Source: Polyangiaceae bacterium (GTDB lineage: Bacteria > Myxococcota_A > Polyangia > Polyangiales > Polyangiaceae). Taken from it: DNA of 64,000 nt. The stretch lies in NCBI GenBank assembly GCA_965225775.1, contig OZ245328.1, positions 5,564,914 to 5,628,913 of the forward strand. Reading direction: 5' to 3'. The notes below the pieces were generated by a model that saw nothing but the letters and a program-made list of their open reading frames with translations, was not told where the DNA came from and searched no databases. Below, one piece after another: positions 45,441 to 54,786 of this stretch. Position numbers and translations under genes: made by a program. Position 1 is the stretch's first letter. Every line of letters begins with the position of its first letter.

Positions 45441-45495
45441 GGCGGCGAGGGTATCACTCGCCCTCGCCGCCCGCCCTCGCATCGACGGCGATCGC

Positions 45496-46767
45496 TCAGA
45501 GGCAAGCGCCGAGCTCGAAATAGCCGGGCTTCGACTCGCGAAGGACGACCGGAGTGAACCCCACGAAGCCCACGAACTGGTCGGAGCCGTTCGCACACGC
45601 GTAGCTCTTGGAGAGCCCGCAGGTGTGCACTCGCCCGGCCAGAAGGTGCCCGTACACCGTGGACCCGAAGGTCTTGCAGGAGGTCCCCCCGGACGAATCG
45701 GGCGTCCCCGCGTCGACGACCGGACCTGCGTCCACGGGCGCCGAGGCGTCGGGCGTCCCGGCGTCGGAAGGATCTGGCGTTCCCAGACCGAAGAAGAGAC
45801 CGGCGTAGTACGTGGAGCAGATGCCGGCCGACAGAACGTACGCGCCAGGCGTTCCGCATCCATTGGCAGGAGCGAAGCCCGGCTCGATGGCCGTGCCGTG
45901 TCCCATATTGGGGACGAGCCACTTTTCGACCCGCGGCTCGCCGGCCGCGTCCCGATAGACGGTGTGGGTCGCGCCTCTCACGGTCTCGGTGACGTCCGCG
46001 GTCGTGTCCACGCCGGACACGTCGGCCCATTGTTCCACCAGCTCGTTCGCATTGGCGGGTCTAACGGTCGTGTCCGAGCTTCCTTGCCAAATGGAAACGC
46101 GCGGAGCGGCGTAGTTTCCCTTGGACGCACTCCGAGCGAGCTGCCCCCATTGGGCTGAGCTCTTGTCCACGTTGCCGCCCATACACGTGAAGGCGTCGCT
46201 CTGCGACGTCGCGCAACGGTAGGGCAATCCGGCCATGATCGCGCCGGCCGCGAACACGTCCGGATAGGCCGCGAGCATGACCGAGGTCATCGCCCCGCCC
46301 GCCGAGAGGCCGGTCACGTACACCCGTCGAGGATCGATTGAGTGGCGGGTCTTCATCGCCTCCACCATCTGCGCGATCGAGAGCGCCTCGCCCGATCCGC
46401 GTGAGACGTGCGCCGAGTCCCACCACTGGAAACAGCGGTTCGAATTGTTCGACGAGCTCTGCTGCGGGTAGAGCACGTGGAACTTCCACCGGTCGGCGAG
46501 CTGGTTCCATCCCGCGGCGGCGTACGCGTCGGCCGACTGCGTGCAGCCGTGGAGCGCGACCACGAGGGGAGCGTCGTCGGGCACGCCGGCCGGCGTGTAC
46601 TCGAACATGGAGAGCTTGCCGGGGTTCGACCCGAAGCTCGTCACTTGCGTCAGGGCGAGGCCTTCCGCCCGTGTCGCCTCGGAGCCGTCCCCTTCGCCGC
46701 CGCACGCGGCGACCGAGACACCGAGACCGAGAATCACCTTCGCCGAGACACTGCGTGCATTCCACAT
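45496..46767 (-). CDS. secreted esterase, PHB depolymerase family (LpqC-like) with C-terminal Cys-containing domain
   Basis: ATG 46767, lipoprotein signal ...AACGG; LVVALHGCTQSADAYAA and GLSAGGAMTS (GxSxG) motifs. Confidence 0.75.
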   Translation of the reverse strand: MWNARSVSAKVILGLGVSVAACGGEGDGSEATRAEGLALTQVTSFGSNPGKLSMFEYTPAGVPDDAPLVVALHGCTQSADAYAAAGWNQLADRWKFHVLYPQQSSSNNSNRCFQWWDSAHVSRGSGEALSIAQMVEAMKTRHSIDPRRVYVTGLSAGGAMTSVMLAAYPDVFAAGAIMAGLPYRCATSQSDAFTCMGGNVDKSSAQWGQLARSASKGNYAAPRVSIWQGSSDTTVRPANANELVEQWADVSGVDTTADVTETVRGATHTVYRDAAGEPRVEKWLVPNMGHGTAIEPGFAPANGCGTPGAYVLSAGICSTYYAGLFFGLGTPDPSDAGTPDASAPVDAGPVVDAGTPDSSGGTSCKTFGSTVYGHLLAGRVHTCGLSKSYACANGSDQFVGFVGFTPVVLRESKPGYFELGACL

Positions 46768-47006
46768 GGCCAGGACCTCCACGCGCTCGATCGTGAGCGC
46801 GGGCGACCCTTCAGCAGGTTCCATGCCGCCATGCGTTACAATCGATTCGCTTGGTTTCTCCTACACATGCGTCGCCAATGACGCAACACAGCATTCATCC
46901 CGCGCGTCACAAATGACGCAGCGCGCCCTCTCCGCGTGCGGGCACGCGTGGCCCGCTCGCCCCTTTCGAGTCGAGCGAGCGGGCGGTCCACGGGAAGGTC
47001 ACGCTC

Positions 47007-47138
47007 TCACTTGCTCTTCTTCGCGCCCGCGACCTGAGCCTGGCTGACCTTCTCGGCGGCCGCAGCCTTCTTTTGGTTCTTGCCGGCCGCGTCACGTTTT
47101 TTCGACTTGTCTTTGTCTTTGGGGGATTTGTCGCCCAT
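47007..47138 (-). CDS. possible small Lys-rich basic protein (43 aa)
   Basis: MGDKSPKDKDKSKKRDAAGKNQKKAAAAEKVSQAQVAGAKKSK; weak support only. Confidence 0.2.
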   Translation of the reverse strand: MGDKSPKDKDKSKKRDAAGKNQKKAAAAEKVSQAQVAGAKKSK

Positions 47139-47290
47139 GAGTGCACCGCCGTTCGTTCGAGGGGAAAGGCGAACGGTCGGCCTCGAGGACGCGGAAGTCC
47201 ATGCGGGCGTCGATCGACACACGAAGATGACGAGACGCCACGAGCTCGTGCGCGACGTCCTTCGACGAAATGCCGAGAAAACGCGGCGTA

Positions 47291-48247
47291 TCAGACGCCG
47301 AAGCGCGCCGGGTCCTTCTGCACGAACGCCACGTACGCTTCGCTCGGCAGGTGCGGCTCGATCTCGCCCGACTCCACGGCCTTCTCGAGCTCGCGCTTGA
47401 TATCGCCGACGAGACGAGAGGGAGGGAGCCCGAAGGCCTTCATGACCTCGTCTCCGACCCCCTTGGGCAGCGGCGGCTTCACCGCGTCTTCGGCGGCCAG
47501 GCGCGCGATACGTGCCGCGAGCTCTTCGATCTGCTGGAGGCCCCTGCGCTTCTTTTCGGGGCGCTTCGTGGTGATGTCCGCGCGCGCGAGGCAGAGCAAA
47601 TCTTCGAGGTGCAGGCCGAGCTCCCTAGCGAAGCGACGCACGGCGCTGTCGGTCCACTCCGGGTCGTACTGATTGGCGCGCAGGTGATGGAGCACCAGGA
47701 AACGCACCGTTTCCTTCAGAGATGCTTCGGGCGTGAACAGGCCGAGGCGGCGGTCGAGCTTGTCGAACATGCGCGTGCCCACCTCGGCGTGCCCGAGGAA
47801 GTGCACCTTTCCGTCCGGGCTGATGCTGCGGGTCTTCACCTTGCCGATATCGTGGAAGAGCGAAGCCCAGCGCACCTCGAGCCGAGGCACCGCCTGACGC
47901 ACCACTTGCTTCGTGTGCTTCCACACGTCCTTGTGCCGCCACTCGCCGTCACCGAAGCCGACCATGGCAAAAACTTCGGGAAAAATGGCCGAAAGCGTCC
48001 CATTTTCCAGAAGGACGTCGAGCCCGAGCTCGGGGTCTTGGCCCATGACCACGCGGTCGAGACGCGCACGAACCGCTACGCGATCGAGCTTCACGGCAGC
48101 TTTGAGGGCCTCCGTGTCGGCGCGGATCACGAGGCCCTCGTGGGCCCCCCGCTCGGATGCACACGCCGCTTGTTCGAGCGCGTCCATGACGTCGTCGAGG
48201 GAAGCCGGAGCCTGGGGCTCGATCTCGGGTTGTTCGACGGCGCTCAT
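47291..48247 (-). CDS. HD domain-containing protein (CCA-adding enzyme / poly(A) polymerase C-terminal HD-like phosphohydrolase)
   Basis: 318 aa; HD motif ASLFHDIGK, RWASLFHD..HFLGHAEVG; no nucleotidyltransferase head. Confidence 0.65.
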   Translation of the reverse strand: MSAVEQPEIEPQAPASLDDVMDALEQAACASERGAHEGLVIRADTEALKAAVKLDRVAVRARLDRVVMGQDPELGLDVLLENGTLSAIFPEVFAMVGFGDGEWRHKDVWKHTKQVVRQAVPRLEVRWASLFHDIGKVKTRSISPDGKVHFLGHAEVGTRMFDKLDRRLGLFTPEASLKETVRFLVLHHLRANQYDPEWTDSAVRRFARELGLHLEDLLCLARADITTKRPEKKRRGLQQIEELAARIARLAAEDAVKPPLPKGVGDEVMKAFGLPPSRLVGDIKRELEKAVESGEIEPHLPSEAYVAFVQKDPARFGV

Positions 48248-48371
48248 GTAAGGGTGCGCGTGTGTAGTTCATGGACGGGGTTTCGGCAACGAGTCCGCGT
48301 CTCGAGAAGGTCCGTCCGTCGCTTCCGAGCTTGCTCTTCCGAGCCGACGTGACAGAAACTCCGGCATCCCC

Positions 48372-49031
48372 ATGCGCGCACGCATCGCTGCCTCCACGCT
48401 CCTCGTCGCCTCCATCGTCGCCGCTTGCAGCGGCTCGGCACCGAGCGATCTCTTCTCCACCGATATCGCCTTCGACGGAGGCTCGGGCACCGTCACACCG
48501 CCCGGCACCGGCACGACAGGCAAGGACAGCGGAGGCCCGACGACCAAAGACGGCGGCGTCGTCCCCGGAGAAGACAGCGGCATCGTGGAGCCTCCTCCGC
48601 CTCCTCCGGTAGACGCCGGCAAGCCCGACTCGAGCGTGCGCGACAGCGGCACAGACTCGGGCGCGGACTCGGGCACCACCGGCATCACCTGCGGCACGAG
48701 CTCGTGTGGCCTCGCCGATACGTGCTGCGCCATCTACAACAACTCGAGTGGCAACTACCGCTACGAGTGCCGCGCGGGTCAGGTGACGTGCCCCGAACCG
48801 TCCACGCAGATCGAGTGCGACAGCGCCGAAGACTGCGGCGCGGGCAAAGTCTGCTGCGGCGACAAGGCCTCGGTGGGCAACTACTACAACGACATCACCT
48901 GCAAGAGCTCCTGCAGCGGCAACGGCGACGTGCGCTTCTGCAACCCGGCTTCGCCCGCAGCGAGCTGCCCGGCCGGCAAGGCGTGCCGACAGTCCGCCAT
49001 CTTGCCGAACTACTACTACTGCGAGCCCTGA
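48372..49031 (+). CDS. secreted Cys-rich lipoprotein (about 20 Cys), hypothetical
   Basis: Lipobox VAACSG; Gly/Thr/Asp-rich linker then Cys-rich region; followed by a strong terminator. Confidence 0.5.
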   Translation: MRARIAASTLLVASIVAACSGSAPSDLFSTDIAFDGGSGTVTPPGTGTTGKDSGGPTTKDGGVVPGEDSGIVEPPPPPPVDAGKPDSSVRDSGTDSGADSGTTGITCGTSSCGLADTCCAIYNNSSGNYRYECRAGQVTCPEPSTQIECDSAEDCGAGKVCCGDKASVGNYYNDITCKSSCSGNGDVRFCNPASPAASCPAGKACRQSAILPNYYYCEP

Positions 49032-49059
49032 GCCCACGCCTCGGCACGGTCCACTCGAG

Positions 49060-49096
49060 GCCACGGACAGTCGACTGTCCGTGGCCTTTTCCGTTC
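49060..49096 (+). terminator. Rho-independent terminator
   Basis: Perfect 14-bp palindrome ggccacggacagtc/gactgtccgtggcc followed by TTTTCCGTT, 29 bp after stop of 48372-49031. Confidence 0.6.
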
Positions 49097-49418
49097 ATCC
49101 CGCATCCCCGCTCGAGTCGGTCCCCCGAGGGCTCGGCCGCGCGGACGAAGAAGCCGACGGGTACTCCTGCTCTTCGATGGACGCGGACGAGCTCGACTCG
49201 GGCATCTTCGTGTCACGTTTCAACAGAACGAACAGAACGAAGAGCGTGGCGAGCGCGGCCGCTCCGGCGAGCACGAGTCGAGATTTCTGCACGCACCGAG
49301 CGTAGCTCCAACCCGACGATTTTCGAGGCATCCCGGGGCTTCTCGTGGGCCGTGGCAAAAGGCCTCGCCTCTGCGAGACACCCGTTCACCCTTCGTTCGC
49401 GGACGACAGGAACGTGGA

Positions 49419-51368
49419 GTGTCGACGGTGGCGCAGACCGTGCGCGACCCGTGGGACATCCGCACACGGACTGCTAGGATGCGCGCCAATATGCAGCTTC
49501 GTCTCGGCCGTGGTGTGGAAACCGCCCTTCACAAGACCGCTACGTTTCTTTGGCCTTGGGTTCAGCGAATGAACGAGCGCATCGAGCGCCCGGCAGCTCA
49601 CCCGAAGTGGGCGCCGGCGCCGCTCTTGAAGCGCAAGGAGCGCACGTTCCCCACCTTGGGCTTCCCGCGCGAGACCGACTCGCTCTGCCCGAAGTGCGTG
49701 AAAGAAGTACGCGAGGCCGTGCTCTCCGGAGAGCGTGAGCTCTCGTCGCTGATCGACGGCAAACCGGGCGAGATCCGCGCGCGCATCGTCGAAGAGCACG
49801 GGCAGGTGCTCATGCGCAAGACGTGCCCGAAGCACGGCGAGATCGAAGACGTGATGGCCGTCGACGCGCGCTTCCTCCAGCGCATCGAGAAGCTCTACCC
49901 GGGCCGCGACTACCTCGCGCCGCTCACCAAGCTGCGCGACCACGGCACCTCGAGCATCCAGTACGGCCGCGGGAGCGTGCTCGTGGTCGACCTCACGAAC
50001 CGCTGCAACATGATGTGCGACCCGTGCTTCATGGACGCGAACCAAGTGGGCTTCGTGCACGAGCTCTCCTGGGAAGACGTGACCAAGATCCTGGACGACT
50101 CGATCGACGTGCTGCCGCGCCGTCAGATGAGCATCCAGTTCTCCGGCGGTGAGCCCACGCTCTCTCCCCACTTCTTGCCGGCCATCAAATACGCCCGCGA
50201 AAAAGGCTATTTCGCGGTGCAGGTGGCCACCAACGGCATCCGCTTCGCCCAAGACCCCGAGTTCGCGAAGCAGGCCAAAGAAGCGGGTCTCCGCATGGCT
50301 TACCTGCAGTTCGACGGCATCGGCAACGAAGCCAACTCGCACCGCAAGGTGGGCAACCTCTACGACGTGAAGCTGCGCGCGATCGAGAACCTGCATGCTG
50401 CAGGTATCGACGTCATCTTGGTGGTCACGGTCGTCAACGGCGTGAACAACGAGCAGGTCGGCAAGATCGTCCAGTTCGCGATCGACAACGCCGACAAGAT
50501 CACGGTCGTCTCGTTCCAGCCGGTGAGCTTCACCGGCCGCGACGAAGACGTCGACGATGCCACGCGCAAGGCCCAGCGTTACACGCTCTCGCACCTCGCG
50601 AGGGACGTGAAAGACCAGTGCGGCTTCTCCGAGCCGCTTCGCGACTGGTTCCCGCTCTCGGCCATGGGTCCCTTCAGCGACCTGACGGACACCCTGCTCG
50701 GCGACCGCGCCGACTGGGGCAGCATGAAGTGCGGCTGCCACCCCAACTGCGGCATCGGCACCATCTTCTTCGTGAACAAGCGCACCAAGCAGTGCGTGCC
50801 GCTCACCGAGTTCTTGGATCTCGAGCAGCTCCTGCTCGACGTGCAGGACATCACCGACGCCGCCCAAGGCCGCAACCTGAGCGTGGCCGAGATGGTGGTC
50901 GCGCTCCTCAAGAACTACGACCCGCGCAAGGCCCCCGAAGGCTTCGATTTCCCCACCCTCGTGAAGCAGTTCATGAGCCAGACCGGCGCCCGCGGCAAGA
51001 AGGTGGGCGACTTCGAGAAGGACGCGCACGAGTTCGAGTGGCGCGTGCTCTTCGTGGCCGGCATGTGGTTCCAGGACCTCTTCAACTACGATTTCCGCCG
51101 CACCGAGATGTGCATCATCCCGTACGGCACCCAGATGGGCGAGATCAGCTTCTGCGCGTACAACACGGGCGTGGGCTGGCGGAACATCATCGAGAAGATG
51201 AAGGCCAACGCGAGCGTCGCCGATTGGTACCGCGAGCACGGACGCCACGCCGTGTACGCCAAGAACCAGAACCTGCCCTTGCCTCCTTCGCTCGGCACCA
51301 TCGTGAACGCCGAGGGCGAGCCCACGCTGAAAAAGCGCGTCTCGCTTCGCGTGCTCGAGGCTCGCTGA
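49419..51368 (+). CDS. radical SAM enzyme (649 aa) with N-terminal CxxC...CxxH zinc-ribbon/rubredoxin-like motif and large C-terminal extension containing extra Cys cluster
   Basis: GTG start; canonical CNMMCDPC (CxxxCxxC) rSAM motif, SGGEPTL glycine-rich SAM motif; N-term CPKC...CPKHG; C-term CGCHPNCGIG. Confidence 0.8.
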   Translation: MSTVAQTVRDPWDIRTRTARMRANMQLRLGRGVETALHKTATFLWPWVQRMNERIERPAAHPKWAPAPLLKRKERTFPTLGFPRETDSLCPKCVKEVREAVLSGERELSSLIDGKPGEIRARIVEEHGQVLMRKTCPKHGEIEDVMAVDARFLQRIEKLYPGRDYLAPLTKLRDHGTSSIQYGRGSVLVVDLTNRCNMMCDPCFMDANQVGFVHELSWEDVTKILDDSIDVLPRRQMSIQFSGGEPTLSPHFLPAIKYAREKGYFAVQVATNGIRFAQDPEFAKQAKEAGLRMAYLQFDGIGNEANSHRKVGNLYDVKLRAIENLHAAGIDVILVVTVVNGVNNEQVGKIVQFAIDNADKITVVSFQPVSFTGRDEDVDDATRKAQRYTLSHLARDVKDQCGFSEPLRDWFPLSAMGPFSDLTDTLLGDRADWGSMKCGCHPNCGIGTIFFVNKRTKQCVPLTEFLDLEQLLLDVQDITDAAQGRNLSVAEMVVALLKNYDPRKAPEGFDFPTLVKQFMSQTGARGKKVGDFEKDAHEFEWRVLFVAGMWFQDLFNYDFRRTEMCIIPYGTQMGEISFCAYNTGVGWRNIIEKMKANASVADWYREHGRHAVYAKNQNLPLPPSLGTIVNAEGEPTLKKRVSLRVLEAR

Positions 51369-51375
51369 GCCCCTG

Positions 51376-52371
51376 ATGCTTGCAGATTGCACGAGTACGT
51401 CGCGCGGAGTCTTCCGAGGCGTCGTGCTCGTGCTCGCAGGTGTCGCGTCGGCTTCGCTCGGGTGCTCCGGGGCACGGCGACACGAAGCGCAGGCGAACGC
51501 CGAGGCTTCGGAGGCAGGCGAACGCGTGGTCGAGATCGCCTCGGGCGGCCGCACGCGGCGCTACCTCTTGCACGTGCCTCCTTCGGGGGCCTCCCAAGCG
51601 AACAGGCCGCTCGTGGTCTCGCTCCACGGCGCGGGCGGAAGCGCCGCGTACATGGCCAAGAAGACCGGATTTTCGGCGCTCGCCGATCGCGAAGGGTTCG
51701 TCGTGGCCTACCCGGATGGCATCGACCACCGCTGGAACGACGGTCACGATCCGGAGAGCTCGCTCGCCAAAGAAGGCATCGACGACGTCGGGTTCTTGCT
51801 CGGCGTGCTCGCGGACGTCGCCAAGAAGACCCGCATCGATCCCACACGCGTCTACATGAACGGCATGTCGAACGGCGCGTTCATGACCTCGCGCTTCGCC
51901 TGCGCGCACGCCGATCGCGTGGCGGCCATCGGGCTCGTCGTGGGCACCATGGGCCCCGAGCAAGGTGCACACTGCACGTTCTCCGCGCCGGTCTCGGTCA
52001 TCGGATTCATGGGGACACGCGACCCCATCGTTCCCTACGAAGGCGGCGACGTGCGACTCGGGCCCTTCGTTCGCGGGCGCACGCTCTCCGCGGCCGAGGC
52101 CTTTCGCGTGTACTCCACGCTGAATGGCTGCGCCCCGTCCAACCGAGAAGACGTGGCGGATCGGGATCCGCGAGACGGCTCACGTGCGCACGTCGACGTG
52201 TCCTCGTGCGCGCGAGAGACGCGCGTCGAGCTCTATTCGTTCGAGGGCGCGGGCCACACTTGGCCGGGTGGCGATCAGTACATGGCCTCGAGCGTAGTGG
52301 GCACGGTGAACCGCGACGTGGACGCGAGCGCCACCATGTGGGCCTTCTTCACCGAGCACGGCCGCAAGTAG
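51376..52371 (+). CDS. secreted esterase, PHB depolymerase family (LpqC-like)
   Basis: 8 bp after rSAM gene stop; signal peptide; LVVSLHGAGGSAAYMAK, GMSNGAFMTS (GxSxG) motifs. Confidence 0.75.
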   Translation: MLADCTSTSRGVFRGVVLVLAGVASASLGCSGARRHEAQANAEASEAGERVVEIASGGRTRRYLLHVPPSGASQANRPLVVSLHGAGGSAAYMAKKTGFSALADREGFVVAYPDGIDHRWNDGHDPESSLAKEGIDDVGFLLGVLADVAKKTRIDPTRVYMNGMSNGAFMTSRFACAHADRVAAIGLVVGTMGPEQGAHCTFSAPVSVIGFMGTRDPIVPYEGGDVRLGPFVRGRTLSAAEAFRVYSTLNGCAPSNREDVADRDPRDGSRAHVDVSSCARETRVELYSFEGAGHTWPGGDQYMASSVVGTVNRDVDASATMWAFFTEHGRK

Positions 52372-52383
52372 CCGCGCGCGCCG

Positions 52384-53205
52384 TCAGAAGCCCGTCTTGC
52401 CGATCATCGATTTTCCACCGATGCCGTCGGCGGGCCACTCGAACGTCTCCTCGAAGCTCTTGCCGTCGATCGACGTCACGCGAATCGTGAAGGCGCCTTT
52501 GCCGAAGCCCTTCGCATCGGTGAGGGTACCGTCACCGCCGCGCTCGAGGGCGACGTAGTCGGGGTGGTTCTGGCTCTTCACCTCCACCTTCGCGACGGGC
52601 AAACGCACGTTGCGCACCCAAAGGCTCGACCACCACTCGCTCGCTTCGGTTTGGAACTCGTAGAGGGGCTTGCCCGTGTCCGCGCAGGACGCGAACTGCC
52701 AGCTCATGGTGCGCGGATACTCGCCCGAGTCGAGCAGCGCGAAGGCCTCGGGACTCACGTCGAGGCTATTTTTCGTGGTGTCTCCGTAGGTGACCACGCG
52801 CAAGAGCGCACTCTTTCCTTTGGCGGTTTTGACGAGCACACACGCATCGCAGTACCCCGCCACGTTGGGGATGCCCTGCCACAAGCCGGCGAGCAGCTGA
52901 CCTTGTGCCTTACGTGCAGCAGACGAGTACTTGGTGGCCGGCGCGCAGGCGTTGTGCCATTGGGTCTCTTCGTAGTCGACAGGGCCGAGATGGAACTCAC
53001 CGCCCTCGTAGGTCTCGCCGTAGACCACGGTGCCACCCTCGGTGGTCACGCCGGGCACGGGTGCGCTCGTGCCGGGGTCCGTGCCGGACGGATCGCCCGA
53101 GGTGCCGCTCGGCGAGCTCGGGCTCGTCCCCGTGCCTCCGCAGTGCAGTGCGAGCACGGAGATTCCCGCACCAAAGAGCCCGGAAACGATGCGTTTCGCC
53201 GACAT
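52384..53205 (-). CDS. secreted hypothetical protein (possibly double-psi beta-barrel/expansin-like fold)
   Basis: 273 aa from ATG 53205; signal + Ser/Gly/Thr/Pro linker; Cys pairs (HNACAP, YCDACV). Confidence 0.45.
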   Translation of the reverse strand: MSAKRIVSGLFGAGISVLALHCGGTGTSPSSPSGTSGDPSGTDPGTSAPVPGVTTEGGTVVYGETYEGGEFHLGPVDYEETQWHNACAPATKYSSAARKAQGQLLAGLWQGIPNVAGYCDACVLVKTAKGKSALLRVVTYGDTTKNSLDVSPEAFALLDSGEYPRTMSWQFASCADTGKPLYEFQTEASEWWSSLWVRNVRLPVAKVEVKSQNHPDYVALERGGDGTLTDAKGFGKGAFTIRVTSIDGKSFEETFEWPADGIGGKSMIGKTGF

Positions 53206-53282
53206 GGAGAGCAGCGTAGCAGAGGTGCATCGAAGGACGAGGGCTGGTCCGCCGGCACGAATGCCCGCATGCTCCTCCGGCC

Positions 53283-54770
53283 ATGACCGCCGCCCCCGCC
53301 GTTCTCCCGCGTGCCACGAGCCAGGAGCTCGCTGCACTCTACACGCGTGCCTCGGCCAACGTGCCCGACGAGCGCCGTGAGGTCTTGCACGTGCGCGAAG
53401 GGGCGCTCCCGTCCGAGCTCCGTGGCGTGCTCTTCCGCAACGGCCCCGGAAAGAACGAGGCGTTCGGCACCCCGTACGACCATCCGTTCGACGGCGACGG
53501 CATGGTCCTTCGCTTCGCCTTCGACGGACAGCGTGTGCATTACACAAACCGCTGGGTACGCACCTCGTTCTTCCTCGCCGAGGAGCGCGCGCGCCGCATG
53601 CTCTACCGAGGCTTCGGGACCAACCTACCGGGCGGGCTCGTGAAGAACCTCTTCCGCACCACCTTCAAGAACGCCGCGAACACCTCGGTGGTGATGCACG
53701 GCGGAGCGCTGTTGGCCCTCTGGGAAGGCGGGCTTCCTCACGCACTCGCGCCCGACACGCTGGCCACGCTCGGCCCTTACGACTTCGAGGGCCAGCTCGA
53801 CAACCGCGCCTCGCGACTCTCTCGCATGCTCGCACCGAGCCTGCCTTTCTCGGCGCATCCGAAGCTCTGTCCGCGCACCGGAGAGCTCTTCGGCTTCGGC
53901 ACGGCCTACGGCCCGGAGGACCGCTTGATGCTCTACCGCGTCTCGCCAGAGGGGCGCATGCACGAGCCCGAGAGCCTGCCACTCGAGCAGCTCACGTTCA
54001 TGCACGACTTCGTGCTGACCGAGAAAAACCGCCTTTTTTTCCAGGTTCCGGCGCGCTTCGGTGTGGCCCGCGCGCTCTCCGGATTGACGAGCCCGGCCGA
54101 CTCGATCCGCTTCGGAGAAGGACCCACGCGCATTCGTGTGGTCCCGCGCGACGGCTCGCGCGAGACGTGGTTCTCGGCAAGCCCGGCCTTCGTGTTCCAC
54201 TTCGTGAACGGCTTCGAGCGCGAAGACGGCACGATCGTGATCGACGCCATGCGCTCCGACCGTTTTCCCGCCATGCCCGATCCGAAGCGTCTTCGCTCGG
54301 GCGAGCCTTCGTACCCCGCGCCGCTGCTCACACGCTACGAGCTCGACACGAAGCGCGGCGAGGTGCGCGAGACCACGGTGAGCCGTGTGCCGGCAGAGCT
54401 GCCCACCGTGGCTCCTTCGGAAGCGACGCGTCGGCACGGGCTCGCCTTCGCCATCGCGGGGACCGAGCTCGGTTCGAATGAGAGGCTCACGAGCCCCTTC
54501 TTTTCCCGGGTGATCCGCTTCGACCGCACGAACGGCACCGAGAGCTACCGTGACTTCGGCCATGCCCTCCCGGGGGAGCCGCTCTTCGTCCCGCGAGAGG
54601 GCGACACGCGCTCGGGCTGGGTGCTCACGCTCGTGTACGAAGCGAGCCGCGACAAGAGCGCGCTCCACGTGCTGCGCGCCGAAGACCTCGAGACCGTGTG
54701 CGTGCTCGATCTTCCGCACGGCGTACCGCCGGGATTCCACGGCACGTGGGTGCCCGAAGCGCGCGCATGA
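53283..54770 (+). CDS. carotenoid cleavage oxygenase family (RPE65/CCD) protein
   Basis: 495 aa; family-typical GVLFRNGPGKN, DHPFDGDGMV, HDF, FHFVN, and C-terminal GFHGTW (Fe-binding His motifs). Confidence 0.85.
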   Translation: MTAAPAVLPRATSQELAALYTRASANVPDERREVLHVREGALPSELRGVLFRNGPGKNEAFGTPYDHPFDGDGMVLRFAFDGQRVHYTNRWVRTSFFLAEERARRMLYRGFGTNLPGGLVKNLFRTTFKNAANTSVVMHGGALLALWEGGLPHALAPDTLATLGPYDFEGQLDNRASRLSRMLAPSLPFSAHPKLCPRTGELFGFGTAYGPEDRLMLYRVSPEGRMHEPESLPLEQLTFMHDFVLTEKNRLFFQVPARFGVARALSGLTSPADSIRFGEGPTRIRVVPRDGSRETWFSASPAFVFHFVNGFEREDGTIVIDAMRSDRFPAMPDPKRLRSGEPSYPAPLLTRYELDTKRGEVRETTVSRVPAELPTVAPSEATRRHGLAFAIAGTELGSNERLTSPFFSRVIRFDRTNGTESYRDFGHALPGEPLFVPREGDTRSGWVLTLVYEASRDKSALHVLRAEDLETVCVLDLPHGVPPGFHGTWVPEARA

Positions 54771-54786
54771 CAGGTCCGCGCGAGCC